From contig OX597816.1 of the NCBI GenBank assembly GCA_951406725.2, positions 146,692,001-146,756,000 on the forward strand: 64,000 nucleotides of DNA, written 5' to 3'. Positions 40,440 through 55,164 of this stretch are shown piece by piece. Position 1 is the stretch's first letter, and every line of letters begins with the position of its first letter. Source of the stretch: Octopus vulgaris. Taxonomy: Eukaryota. The notes below the pieces were generated by a model. The model saw only the letters and a program-made list of their open reading frames with translations. It ran no database searches and had not been told where the DNA came from. The translations under genes were made by a program, and so were the position numbers.

Positions 40440-41620
40440 AAGTTCAGCCATACTTTGTTCAAAATAGATGGTACATATTCCTGTTACTTAAGAAATTGAT
40501 AGGTATGAATATGAAAATGTACCTTGGGTATTGGATTCGCAAACTCTTTATCAATAGTCCATAAATATCCTCTTTGTCGTGCATTTTTCTCACCACATTT
40601 GTGTCCAGAAGGCAAGGGATTTTCATAAAAGAACATATCATTTCCACGTGGGTGTCGAAACACTATCTGTCGATTGTGTTTCAACTTGTTTCTCTTTTAA
40701 TGTTCCACACATGACTCTATATAGTCAACTTCCTTGTAGTTGTTTCCTTATTTTTATCCTGTTCCAAACTGTTCAGGCCACTGTATCAAGCCTCGCTGGA
40801 ATGTAATTTCTGGAACATATTCCCTCATAGTTGGCAATAATGAGGTTTATGCATTCAGCGTTTGTTTTGCACAAACTGTATTTGTTGTCTGTCGGCCTTT
40901 TATGCTGTAGATATCTAGTGGGTATCCCTTATTCTTAAATTGTATGGATAGCCTTCACAGTGTGAAGTCATAAACTTCTCAGTATCCTATATCAAGCTTT
41001 TGACACACTCAATTCCTTCTATAGTTTGTGTTTTTGTGCCACATGTACTATTCTCTCAATGAACTGTTGGATATTTTATTTCAATTTTCTTATAGATTTT
41101 ACCATGCGTCCTGCGGAGAGATCTGCATCAGCTCTTATTTCATGATTTCCATTCCATTAGCTATCCTAATAATGTTGTTGATTTCACATCCCCAGCTGTG
41201 GGAAAGATAGTTACTGGTCTCCTGTCTATGTTACAGACACTATTTCAGTATTCCAATGCGTTCTTCAAATGATATCAATACAGATTTCAGACCACGGTCA
41301 CCATCCTTGCGTGAGAAGCATGGCCTGACTACATTTCAATTTATACAAAGTTTCCCATAATACTACACAGCTTGCGAGTCCGAACATTTTCCTCAGTAAG
41401 TTCTTATAGTGACCAGTTCATAAATTTAAACGTAAGCGTGAGGACAGGCACTGTAAATTACTGGGTAATATCCTTGGAAGCTGAGCATTCCGATGAGCAT
41501 ATGCTCATTACTCTCCTGAAATATTCATACGGGGTCCTCTCCTTATATATGGGTCCACTATATCTGACATTCTCATGCTGTGCAAGATACATATAATTGT
41601 CACCCATAGAGGTTTATCTA
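40440..41620 (-). mobile_element. Heavily decayed R4/Dong-like RLE LINE fragment
   Basis: Minus-strand remnants YMYLAQHENVRYSGP..EYFRR, RKDGDRGLKS, KHNR; same domain order as the 49343 and 62030 copies. Confidence 0.6.
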
Positions 41621-41685
41621 TAGAGAATTACGTTTAAAAGAAATGTTGGCACTGGTGGTAATAAACTTTGTAGTTACTTAAAATA

Positions 41686-41694
41686 TCATCATCA

Positions 41695-41744
<50 letters not shown>

Positions 41745-41772
41745 GTCATTAACATCATCATCATCATCATCA
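41686..41772. repeat. (TCA)n/(TTA)n microsatellite
   Basis: Direct reading. Confidence 0.95.
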
Positions 41773-43974
41773 GCAGCATCGTAGTTGTTTTGCATTTCAA
41801 TCATTTTTATTATTATCAATTTTATCTTTGTTTTATACTAATCTTTACTTTCAACAACTATTTAGTCTTACGGAATATTATTATTATTGTACAAATTCTC
41901 TTTATTTTCGCCGAAATCTTCAAAGGAATGATATACTATAAAATTAATTAAAATCATGTTAATGTTTCTCTAATTATATTCTGCGATAATAAAAACAAAA
42001 TGCGTACCATATTTATTCTACATATTAGGTTATTTTCTATTTCTTTTGTATTTCTGAGTAGCAATTATAACATTGGACTAAACTCTACCATTTTCAATAA
42101 ACTAACTCTTTCAGATTGTATGCCATTAGCAGATATGAAATAAAATTTTAAAACAATTCCAAAAAAGAAATAAAATAAAGTTATACGTATTCACAAAGTA
42201 AGTAAAAATTTGTATAAAATATATTTTTCTCAAGTGTTGCTGTAATTACCTGTTTTCATCTAAAATTGCTAAAAATATATACAAATATGGAAACTTATTC
42301 AAAACCGTTAGTATATCGTAAGATGTATACTTCACTACAAATATGAAATAGAAGAAGAAAAAGAATTCGTTTAGATTTGCGAGTCTAAAAGTAAATGTCG
42401 TTAAATTCTGGCTGAAAATTGTACGACTAGAATATAATCAGAAGTAAATTCAACATAAATAATTTGTATAAGGTTAGGCAGCATTAGCTGATATGTATAA
42501 CACAGAAGTTCAAAACTACAGATGTGTGTGTATATGTGTGTGTATGTGTATGTGTGTTTGCGCGCGCGCGAATGTGTGTGATTTTCTGTATATTTCCAAG
42601 ACTGAAAGTATGGAATTTAGACGCGGTATATTTCAGGTGACTACAAGGAGTGCTGAGATGTGTCTAAACTTATCTCTTCGTCTAATATTTCCCCGTCTGA
42701 GTGTGGTACTTTCTGATAACTTATAAATTTTATAAATATTTGTACGATAATAAACGCATTATATTCTTAGTAGCCTCATCACAATCTGTAATTCGACAAA
42801 TGTGCCTCGGTATCCCAACGTACTGTCTTATTTGTGACTGGATTTTAAGAAGCTCATATGGTAGTATACTTTTTAACTACTTTTCTATAAAGCAAGTGGA
42901 AGGCATACAACAGCCATTTTTATGCACTTACGGTGGCATGATACACGATGCACTCGTAAGTAATACACTGATCTCATGGTCTTAAAAATTACGATTACGA
43001 TATATTTGGGAGGTTTTATTCTTGGAGAAATGTGTATGCGAAGAAATGATTTACTTTCTCTAAAACGCTGTCAGGTATATTCTTTCAGCTAAATACTTTA
43101 TATATTTGTTTCTCTTCTGACAGTTTTGTTCGTTATATAGGCGAAAACTTTCAACATACGCTTCGTGAACAGTAGATTAAATCACATAATATCACTCCTT
43201 CTGGTGTAGAAGTGAGTGGGTATACTTGTGACTGCTGTATGAACATTTGTGGTAATGGGGGTGGATAATTTAAATTACGTTTATGCATTTCAGTATATTA
43301 CGCAATTTATATGAGTAAAAAAACTGTCAGACAGTTTGTGTAGGAATATGAGATTAGTTAGTTCGTAAACAAATAAAATTAACTCTCCTTTGGAAGGTTT
43401 CTTAGTGATTTTCAGGGTTTGTGTTTTGTATAAGTACATCTAGAATTTTGGGAAGGAAAATCATTCTATTTCTTTGTTTTTTTGTTTTTGTTAAATATAA
43501 AATTCACTTTGTTCAGTACTTAGACGTGTCAGATATTCGAAAATTGTATCTCTTGAATAATATTTATCATTCTTTCAATAGGATCACGATCTAATTTTGT
43601 GTCTCGTATTTTCAAATTCAATAAGCAGAAATATACCTACCATGATTTTGTATTCATGGAATTGATAATCTTTCTAACACCTTTTCAAATAGTATTGTTT
43701 GTTTTTGTGTGAGCGGGGACGCCTTTAGATACGCACATATGCTTGTGGCGAAATGCATGCAGTTATGCACAAAAGATTTTCTTCATAGAATCGCAAATAA
43801 ATACAATGTCAAATTCGATAAGGTCGCATTTTTTTTTCGCAAGCTTATGAAGACATTTTTATATATCAGTGGTGTGGATTGATTCTCCTGTTTGGAACTT
43901 CAGTAAGACAACCTCAATTTTGGCGAACTAAACAAAAACAATATTCTCATATGTACACGCCCCTCACGCACATA

Positions 43975-44060
<86 letters not shown>

Positions 44061-44077
44061 GATATATATATATGATG

Positions 44078-44119
<42 letters not shown>

Positions 44120-44130
44120 GGATGTATATA

Positions 44131-44183
<53 letters not shown>

Positions 44184-44186
44184 CAT

Positions 44187-46358
44187 AAACTTAGATAAAC
44201 TTAGATATGTTTCGACCAAAGATTGGTCCAGGCCATGTCTAACTTAATAGCACCACCTGATAGGATTATTCGAATGCTGTTTAAGTCAAGTTTATGGTCC
44301 ATTCAAGTAGTGAGTTCTTGTTGGGTGAGTTGTATCCAATTATGGGTGGCCTATCTGGTACTCTTTGAAAGAATATATCCAGACTCCGTTTAAAGTTGAT
44401 GGGATCCTTTTCCTCTTTGATCTCTTTTGGGACAATGTTAAATAGGGCAGGGCCTGTTGAGGAAAAGAAGTTATGTTGCAGTGTACATGTATGCTGTGAT
44501 CTTGAATTGGGCAGGGGACGTATGGCCCGTGGTCCTAGTGTTGGATGAACCTTGAAGCTAATGTTCAGGTCATTTGGGCAAAGTTGGAGGTATATTCTCC
44601 ACATCGTACAAATGATGTACCGCTCACGGCGACGCTGGAGAGAGTAAAGTTTCAAGGCTTTAAGGCGATCCCAATAATCGAGAGCAGCCATGCCTTCAAT
44701 TCGTTCAGTGAGTGCCCTCTGGGGTGACTCAATCCTCGAGATGTTTTGTCTTGTATGGGGAGACCACAGTAGGCAGCAGTATTCGAGGTGTGGCCGTACA
44801 AAGGAGGAGAAAAGTGGTATGATGACTCCTTGTTCTCTGGACCGGAAAGTTCTTAAAATCCAGGAACTCATCCTACGAGCTATATCGACCTTCTTGTTGA
44901 AGTGTGCACTCCAACTGAGATCGTCATCAACAATTACACCCAGGTCTCTGATATTGTTAGAGGCTGTGAGCGGTTCCCCTGAAGGAAGAGAGTATGGCTG
45001 TTTAGTGAGGAATTTCTTCCAAAATGCATCAGCTCAAATTTTCCCTCATTCAGTTGCATTTTTTTTCTGTCTGCCCATTGACTCACAGCATATAGATCAG
45101 ACTGGAGTTGAGTTCGGTCTGCTTCTTCATTGACGATTTGCTGGAGCTTAGTGTCATCAGCAAATATTTTCACTTTGCAGTAATGTTCGACACTGGAAAG
45201 GTCGTTTATGTAAATTATGAAGAGTAGCAGACCCAAGACAGTCCCCTGGGGGACACCGCTGGTGACTTTTGCTGGGCTTGAGTGGATTCCATCAACTACA
45301 ACATGCTGTGTTCTATTCGCCAGGAAATACTTAATCCAGTGTAGAACTTTTCCATGGATTCCAACATTTGCCAATTTTGAGAGTCGGATATTATGGTCTA
45401 CCTTGTCGAACGCTTTACTGAAGTCAAGATATATGACGTCAGAGTTCGAACCTGTTCCCAAGGCTTTGAGTACATCTTCAATGTGGTGTAAGAGCTGTGT
45501 TAGACAGTCCCTGCCACAGCGAAAGCCATGCTGATTTGCATTTAGGAGTTTGTGGGTCTCCACGAAGTCAGCTATCCTTGATCTTAACACTCTTTCAGAC
45601 ACTTTAATGATGTGGGAGGTGAGTGAGAACGGGTGATAGTTGAGTGCGAGGGATTTGTTTCCCTGTTTGAAAACCGGGATGACTGACTGGGATAGAAACT
45701 GTTTCGGTATATAACCTGCGTGTAACGAATTTCTCCAGAGGTTGGTCAGAGGGACAGCAAGTTGGTGTCTACATTCCTTCAGGAGACTAGCGGGGAATTT
45801 ATCAGGGCCTACCTCAGAGTAGTATTTGACCTCATATATTGCTGCTACGATGTCAGTGGCAGTGAAGGTTATGTCTGAGATTTTATGTTGGGAGTTTATT
45901 TCGTTCGCTTCTCTTACGTCAATATCAGTGGGAACACTAAAGACAGAGCAGTATTGTTTCTGCAGTATTTCTGCCATTTCTTTAGCATCGTGTTGGGGAA
46001 TGCCGTTATCATCAATCAATGACCCAATGGGTGAGACAGTGGTTCTATGCTTATTTGCATAAGAATAGAACACTTTTGGTTTCTGTTTGATGTTTTTGAT
46101 TACCCACTGTTCCTCCACAGCTCTTTGATTTTCAATGGAGGTTTTCATGTCGGTCTGCAGATGAAGTTTTTCCAGCTCTAGCCTTGTCATTGTTGTTGAA
46201 TGTGGATGTTGTGTGTGGGAATATTTTAATTGGTTGATTTTTTTTGTTGAATCTTTTGATGCGCCTGATGAGTGTTTTTTTCTTTTTAGTGCGCCGTTAG
46301 TAGATTTCGTGGGAGCGTGTTTAGAGCATGTATAGGTGACAATGTTTTCAAAGTGCTG
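44187..46358 (-). mobile_element. 5'-truncated CR1/L2-group LINE (RT only), frameshifted near 45000
   Basis: ORF 46190-44934 with NQHGFR, YLDFSKAFDKVDH, SGVPQGTVLG, FADD; ORF 44871-44281 with RPHLEYC, LYSLQRRRER; 3' hairpin gaccaa/ttggtc and (atctaagttt)2 tail. Confidence 0.93.
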
Positions 46359-46421
46359 CCATGCGGTCTCAATATGGGTGGAATATATATACTGTTATAT
46401 TTCTGCTGCTTTTAAATAAAG

Positions 46422-46478
<57 letters not shown>

Positions 46479-46507
46479 TTATATATACATATTTATATGT
46501 ATATATA

Positions 46508-46682
46508 TTTTTCTTTTCTCTTGGACTTTCTTCCGTCTCCTGTTTCTGAGGAATAGCTTCTTTCGAAACGTAAAACTACTTTTCTTTCTTTGCCTGAGCG
46601 TCTGGTAATTCTTGCATATACCACGTACTCGCATAGTTGCTTTCTTCCTGTGTTTTTCCTTGTTTATTTTGGGCTTAATACG
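46508..46682 (+). mobile_element. Hammerhead-bearing short element between (TA)n tracts; hammerhead 46542-46576 with decayed stem II
   Basis: gttt-CTGAGGA-atagcttctttc-GAAA-CG-TA-aaac; core and stem I intact. Confidence 0.7.
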
Positions 46683-46764
<82 letters not shown>

Positions 46765-46836
46765 TTATGCATATATGTGTGTGAATATATATAGAGTGAT
46801 AGATAGATAGACAGACAGACAGACAGCCGGATGGAC

Positions 46837-46884
<48 letters not shown>

Positions 46885-49036
46885 AGATAGACAGATGGAT
46901 GGATGTGCATGAAGTAAATATGTAAATATCACTATATATACCGAATGTTTTCAGTATATCCGAATGTTTTCAGCAAGAGTAAATTCCTTGAAATTATCTA
47001 TGGTGATTATTTTCACACAATCGAGGTTTGTGCAGATAGTAGAAAGTAAAGTAATTTTCTCACAGGATTTATATACGATGATTTTAATGATATAGACTTT
47101 CATGATATCGAGGTAGACATTCTCGAAGGTGCTAAGAATGATGTAATATCCACCGGTATTTTACTGGGCAAATCCCAGTTGAATTTGACTGTCATAGATG
47201 AGTAACTTCGTTTACACATATATAATAGGAGGAACATAATTAAGCTAAACTTATGGTTGTAATTACCATGCAATAGCTGATCGTTATTTCATCAGGCCTA
47301 ATGAAAATATAAGAATTACGAATGCCATTGAGTATAGTGTGTTTTTTCTAACGCAAAAAAAGTATAACATTTACACTTAAAGCAGAAACTATTAATTATG
47401 TTGTTATCAGAAATATGCAATTACAAAGCAGTTTGATTTTTCTGTGTAGTATATGAAGTCCAGATTCACAGATGCATATTTTCAGTGTAGAAGTACAAAA
47501 TTAATAGCACAGGCAAGATTAAGAACGTTAATCATGGAAATATTCAAATTGACTAGAAATGCAAATTGAAAAACAGAGAAGGTAATAAGCATAATAGTAA
47601 TGTTTTATATTGCAACGAGACCTTGCATTTTATGGAATATTGCCTAGTAAACAACATTTTTATTTATTTTATACTTATTTTATAAACGTCTAGATGGTAG
47701 AAGTTATCTAAGTCTTCAAGGAGCATTCACACAAAATATAAAGTAGCTGAATACAGCAAAGCGTTGCAACTGTTGCGAGTGTGCAAACTACCTTCTAAAT
47801 AACTACATAGAATTTTTAGCATGAACAATAACATCAACAATAACACTTCATATAAAATTCAGACCTTGTCTTTCAAGTTTAACCGATCATGACACGGTGG
47901 TTTAACTTTGACTTTTTTTTTTCATTTTTGTAATGCAGTATTTTTTTAATATTAAAATTATTAGATTTCAGATGTCAAAATAGCGTCTAAATACGGCTGT
48001 TGCAGATCGTGTTGTCTTGTAATTTATTACTTTGGGGCTTTAGATTTTAAAAATGTACACGATAGGAAGTTCAAAGGGACATTTGAATCATAATATAAAC
48101 TATATCTTAAAATTTAATGTTTGAACTAACTACAAATCGTAATTTGCAAAGACGCATGAAAGAAAATAAGGTTGTTTTACTTCTCGTTTTATTTTTTATT
48201 ATATGTCGTCTTTACTGACATTAAAGACGAAGCTTTCTTCTAATATTTGAGATATTTATCTTCAAACAAAAAAAAACTGAGTAAAATAGTGTGATCGTTG
48301 AGATTTAAAATAATTGATGTGATAAAAATAAAACAAATAATTTGAACTAAGTAATGGAAAACAGATAAACAAGTTTAGGTTTACTAAACGGAAATAATGA
48401 AATATTATCACAATAGAGAAATACTTAATGTAAAGAAAAAATTTAATTTTAGATAAGCAATACGCAAAGGAGAATAGTTAAGTTAAAAATTGAATGAAAA
48501 AATGCAATGTACATTATATGCGAATGCGTAAAATCAACTATTAGGGGGATATTATGAAAACAAGTTCTGATATAGAACCATTTTTTTCACTCAAATGCCT
48601 TTTTTTTCTAGATTTGATAGACGTTGTAAAAAAACTGCAGATTTCAATGGATTAATATGTAGGCCGCTTATGTTTATTTTTCCTGAATAGATGGTAATGG
48701 TCTACCACGCTATTTTGAAATGTATATGACAGCGATAAAGAGTGTGATTATGAATTTAATACCTATAATCCATAAATGAAGTGATCATAGCTCTGAGCTA
48801 TTTAGAAAGACGTTCAGAAATACACATGAAGTGAAATAGACGTGGTAATCCTATTGCTTTTAGACCCGACACAATATTCAAAATAAGAACAATTAGAATA
48901 CCAAAACTGATAAAATTTTCGACAGAAAATGTTATCAGAAAAAAGAAAATACAATTATGAATATTTTTTTAGACTTTACTAAATACCTGTTTGAAACCTC
49001 CATATGCATACATACATACATACATACATACATACA

Positions 49037-49072
<36 letters not shown>

Positions 49073-49216
49073 CATATACATATAAATACATATATATTTA
49101 TATACACATATGATTATCTATATACATGTATATATATTTATATATGCATATATATACACATATATATGTAATGTATAAACATGCATATGTTTATACATAT
49201 ATATATATACACATAC

Positions 49217-49248
<32 letters not shown>

Positions 49249-49342
49249 GTATGATAACAGATTCATTTTGACAGAGGATAGGCGTCCCATATATATATAT
49301 GCCTGTGTGTGTGTGCGTGTTTGTATGTATATGCATATATAT

Positions 49343-50997
49343 GTCGTTGCTCAGTTTTATTCCAAGATTTCTAGCCAATAGAGAAGAGTTGGTTTCTAAC
49401 CTAGTTTCGATGCGCCTTCCTTGGAATTTCAGCATAAATAACAGGGTATTTTTCTATGTTTCTATATGCACAGATGTGTATGTTTTGCTTTATGCATTTA
49501 TTCTTACGCATATAGTTGCATAACTACACATACTCACATATATTTAAATAATAACATACTGGGAAGTGTTACAGATTTTTTTCAGTTACAATGATGGATT
49601 AGATATGTAGTCTTCTAAATAGCTTTCTCCTTTATGGTATTTAGTCAGTGTGTTACATATCCCCGGGCGCCAATAATTACAAGTATACACCTGAACTTTT
49701 AATCTGGATAGAGTAGCTGCAGGTTTCTTAGTAGTTCTGCGTAGGTATTCTCTTTTTCACTGATTTTCAGCTTTATGTTAACATCTACCGGGTAGCTAAT
49801 TTCTACAACTTTGCTCAGTTTCTCATCTCTATCCCAAATCCCCAAATCAGTTCTGTTGCGCTTACATTTTATTGAGTCTTCACTGGGGTATTCCACCAGT
49901 TCTCCTTTTTATTTTGAGTGGCTATGGCTTCTACCATATTGTGGGTTTTATTTCTTTGTCCGCGGGATTATCTTCCCGATGGTTTTCATTATAGAGTGTC
50001 TTAGATACAACGTCATGTCTCATCGGTAGATAACACCGTCATGACATTTTCGCACAATTGCTTATCATGTGGGTGACATCTTTGGTGTCAACTCAACAAA
50101 GTCTGCATCGGATGTCTCATTTTACTGCTTTTCATGCACCTCTATCCCTTTTGTGCATCAGGGACTTGGCTGATATTTCCTCTTCCTAGATTGTAAATGC
50201 ATACCTTTCAAAGTGGGAGTTAGTAATTCAGCTATTGGCCCATGATAAACTACTTTGATGACCGATGTTACTATAATCTCGGAGATTTCTACTAACATAT
50301 ACATGCATAGTATTTTGCTTATATAGGCTCATCCTTTCATTTGGCGATACGTTGCAGTAGAGTCATGCGACTTCTTTGGGCTTGTATTCTGGGTTATCAG
50401 ACAAGAATGTTGCTGAAAGAGCTGCCTTCCAAGTCGCATGATGCTATCAGCCTCATGTATGCAAACTTAGTCAAGAGATGCACTTCGACACTAGGTGTTA
50501 AAATGATATTGCCGAAGGGATATGATACGATATTAAAGGGCATGTCTCCATAACTCTACCGCCTTGTTTTCGCTTTAGGTAGAGGCGGTCTACACCGCTG
50601 TTTATGTGGTAATTATGTGTCCTTGTTAGTATTTTACCACGTCAGTGCTTCGGATCTGATCCAGCATCAGATAACGCAACCTAAATGCTGGTATGAGTAC
50701 GGGCACTGCAAACGCATGGTGGGCCACTGTTTTATTGAATGCATAGTGTTCTAAGGTCCAAATTTATCTTATTTCGGCTGTAATATTCTTTAGTGACACG
50801 TGTTTTGTTACAAGTGCCTTTGTAAAATATGTTTTCATCCACCCCTAGATACCTGTAATATTTCCCTAGATATAGGGGAAACGGTCAAATCATTGATGGA
50901 GATGTCTCTAGTCTGGTTTATAGTTTGTCCCCTTTTCACAACCATATAATATTTATCCCGTCCAAACTCCAACCATACATCCTTAGAGAATGTTATA
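49343..50997 (-). mobile_element. Decayed R4/Dong-like non-LTR retrotransposon (RLE endonuclease)
   Basis: TFSKDVWLEFGRDKY, MRHDVVS, CKRNRTDLGIWDRDEKL..VVEISYPVDVNIKLKISEKENTYAELLRNLQLLYPD (PD..E RLE region). Confidence 0.85.
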
Positions 50998-51869
50998 TGT
51001 ATGTATTTGATGTATTTGATGTAAATGTGCAAATTGTATGTTTTATGTTATATATGTATTCTCCTGCATATATTTGCATATCTATACATGCTCAAATATA
51101 TTTAAATGATAAATTTCTGGCAAGTTTTACGTGTACGTATGTGTGTGTGTGTATGTATGTATGTATGTATGTATGTATGTATGTATGTATGTATGTGTGT
51201 AATGTATAATGCGTACGGATGTGGGTTCTGGATACAATTAATTGTTCGAGAGTAAATAAAACTGGGAAATATAACTAGATAGATGTAGGGAGTTTCGCCT
51301 ATTGTAAATCGCATCATTATAATACTAAGAAATACACGAGTGCATTTCTTAGTAAGAAATGCACTCATGTATTCCTTACTAAGAAAAAGTAGTATTGGGT
51401 TTATAGGGCTTGAGGGAATTTAAACAATATACCATTGGAAATCGGCATGAAGAAACATTCGAATGGAAAGCAAATATTTTAACGTCGAAGCAGCTTGATT
51501 GATTCTCAAACATGTATTATATGTTTATTTTATGTTCATTCTATATTACAGTGCTAGATACATCTTAGGGAGAATGGACAGCTATATTGTTCATCTGTGT
51601 TGTTTGATGACTGCATACATTTTTCTATGAACGTACTAAGGAGGGGATGTGTATATTTGCATAAAGGAGTTCTGTGTGGATCCTCTTGTAATGTGTGTGA
51701 AAGGGTGGTAAATGAACGCACCTCCTTCCTCTCATCCTCACATCATAAACGTGTATGCTTAAACACCGTATACGTATACGAAAACACACACACATTCAGT
51801 CAGACACACCTACTAAGCACAAGCATGCACACGTACATATACACACAGCAGATGTTCATACATATATAT

Positions 51870-52259
<390 letters not shown>

Positions 52260-52845
52260 TAAAAACGGCAAGATAACAAAAGAAAGAGACCTCAATATTA
52301 TGTAAATAGAGAAAATATATATGCATAAGAATGCATATATATATAGACGTTTTACTTAGTATTTTTCCCTTTTTGGGGGATTTTTTGGTGGGGGCATATG
52401 TATATTCATTTTTCGTATATGCGTGTGTATGTATGCGTATATAAGCATGTGCAGGTATGCACATATATGGGCGTGTGTGTGTATGAGTGCATAAGAGCAT
52501 GTCCGTATATGAACGTGGTTTTAATGCCTTGTATACTTCCTTATGTTTTTTTCTGTTACCTTTAACCATGGTTTTTCTTGTGCTTGTGCGTATATAGACG
52601 TATGTATGAACTTTTACGGTACGCATGTGTGTGTGTATGAGTTTGTATATATATGCGTATATATTTGACGAAAAATGCGAGTGAAGATGTGTACGTTTTC
52701 ATAGTGACGTATAAGTACGCACGTGGGTCCGCGGGCGCACATGTGAGCGTATGACTAGCCGTGTTTTACTATGAAATTTCATCTTATTTTCTATAAGTAG
52801 CAGAATTATAACACAGTAAGTTCCCTTTATATAACGGTAATTTTT

Positions 52846-53104
52846 CATAGCGTTTTTTCAGATGGCCAGAAAACCGAAGAGATGGTGTTGTAGATTTCCA
52901 CTTCGGCATCTGAAACTCAGAGTTTTATCTTGGCTATTGAGTAATTGTACATATTATTTTATATATTATATATATATATATATATATCCGTAAATATATG
53001 TTACAATTATTTGGTAGCCATGATAAAACTCTGAGCTTCGGATGTCAGGGCGGAAAACCACACCGCCATCTCTTCGGTTATCCGGCCATCGAAAAAATGT
53101 TATG
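52846..53104. repeat. Diverged inverted repeat with ~110 bp arms (MITE/foldback-like) and (TA)n centre
   Basis: gatggccagaaaaccgaagagatgg..ctcagagttttatcttggcta versus tagccatgataaaactctgag..ccatctcttcggttatccggccatc. Confidence 0.85.
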
Positions 53105-53164
53105 TCGTATATATATATATATATATATACAACAATTGATGTGTTCATAGAGATCAAATATTTG

Positions 53165-53345
53165 TGCCACACATTTGCTAACTTTCTCCATCTGTCTGAA
53201 CAGCTGCACGGTGTACTACGCATCAGGTATCGAAGTGATCGCAGAGCAACGTGAGATAAATGGCTTTGCTCAAAAACACAATGCACCCCCTGCTTTAGGA
53301 ATTGGAAGCCCGATCTTGAGTGCAATACTCTGACCACTAGGTTAT
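53165..53345 (-). mobile_element. Diverged tRNA-derived SINE, family C-like
   Basis: agagcaacgtgagataaatggctttgctcaaaaacacaatgc..gagtgcaatactctgaccactag resembles 23877-23975. Confidence 0.6.
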
Positions 53346-53765
53346 ATATACAAATCTGGACGCTCCGTCTATGGGCCAATAATGCAGAAACACATTACCT
53401 AGTGTTCATATTTTCCTGACCGCTTTAAATTTCTTAATTCATTTGGCAGCAGATTGCATTTCAACTCGGTTTCGGATACGTTACCTCCGAGTGGTAGTTG
53501 TGTTACTGATCAAATCATTTCGGCTTTTTACGTTTTTATTTCAGAATAACACCCCAACTGCACTTCTGCGATTTGTCTAGTACAACTATGCATGCACGCA
53601 TATATGTATGGATATATGTACTATGCATGCACATATGCATGTATGCATGCATATATGTATGTATGCGTGTGTATGTGCAGGCATGTATTCCTCTCTCTAT
53701 ATGTGTGTATGTATGTATCTCTCGCTATATGTATTAAGATATATATATATATATATATATATATA

Positions 53766-54046
53766 TTCTGTAATGAGATAAAAAACCAAGGGTGTGTAGA
53801 TTTTAGAACATTTATAAATAGGAGATCTTACAGCTCTTTCTGGGATATTTATTATATCCCTTCATCGGAGAGGGTGTGAGAAGATGGTTGGGCAATAGTT
53901 AATTTAGATAAAATACGAAATAGAGAATGAGGTGGAGGAATGAAAATAGATGTGAAATATGCAGGGATATTGTATTTGTAGATTCATTATTTAGGCAGAA
54001 TGGTATACATATAAGATCCCAATACCTTACGAGTACAATCCAATGG

Positions 54047-54049
<3 letters not shown>
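53766..54049 (-). mobile_element. Hammerhead-bearing short element between (TA)n tracts
   Basis: Unique sequence bounded by (TA)n on both sides, with a hammerhead ~60 nt from the 3' end. Confidence 0.65.
53826..53871 (-). ncRNA. Variant minimal type I hammerhead (CCGAUGA)
   Basis: Minus strand: tct-CCGATGA-a-gggatat-aataa-atatccc-a-GAAA-gagctg-TA-aga; perfect 7 bp stem II; near-palindromic stem III. Confidence 0.7.
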
Positions 54050-54085
<36 letters not shown>

Positions 54086-54329
54086 CCTACATAAATACAT
54101 ACATTCTTACATGCATACATATAGAGATAGAGAGAGAAAGGGGGAGAGAGAAAGAATTAGAGATATAGATACGTTTGCTCCTATCTGTCACACAATTATG
54201 AGGACGATCATTTATTGAATTATATTTGAAAGCATTAACACGTTTGTAATTAATATTCTGCATTCCCTATGTAACGTGTGAAAACTAATTCCAAGTTAAC
54301 TACAACCATTTCATTATTTTAGTTACTGT

Positions 54330-54544
54330 GAGGCGGCGAGCCGGCAGAAACGTTAGCACGCAGGGCGAAATGCTTAGCGGCATTTCATTTGTCTTTACGT
54401 TCTGAGTTCAAATTCCGCCAAGGTCGATTTTTACCTTCCATATTTTCGACGTCGATAAATTAAGTACCATTTGCATTCTGGGATCAATGTAATAGAGTGG
54501 GCCCCTTCCCCAATATTTCGGGCCTTGTGCCTAGAACAGGAAAT
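54330..54544 (+). mobile_element. SINE family B with 17 bp target-site duplication
   Basis: attattttagttactgt at 54313-54329 and 54545-54561. Confidence 0.9.
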
Positions 54545-55164
54545 ATTATTTTAGTTACTGTATGCTTTGTATGAAAGGGTAACAAAAATTCCTTAATCAT
54601 TGCTAGTAAGTGACTATTGTGATATTTCTAAATTGATGTTGAATTTTTTTTTAATTACTCAATGGGGAAAACTGTTGAGAAATCATTGGATGCAATGAAC
54701 GCTTGAAGTGAAGAACTGGAGAAATATTTCTTTTGCATTTCTATCAGCTTGATAAAAATGACACTGTGTATCGATCTAAACTTTATACATATATAGATGG
54801 GGACCCGCACTCTTCTGAGACAAGTTCTCGCTGTTTGTTATTCGTGCAGATACACACTATTTCCCATTCCATGAGTTTTATTATATGAAATATATATCTC
54901 ACAGAGAAACCGATTCATTACACTAATGAATGCATTAAAAATATGTTTGGAATTTTATTTCAGCAAAAATATTAATCGGCACCATGAGATTTTACTTTCA
55001 GAATACCAGTGCTGTATTACTGTTCTGTTCAATTACTATTCTATATGCATCTCAACGTCTGGCGTCAGTTGGTAATTATTGCTGTTACTTAATAAACGAT
55101 CACTTTCTGTGAATTTCTATGCACGCTCGCATACTATATTCAGGCATACGTACATACAAATAAT

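Noticed and set aside
44205-44240. Hairpin followed by GAAAC at the LINE 3' end
   Set aside because: No CUGANGA upstream; explained as the LINE 3' stem-loop and tail
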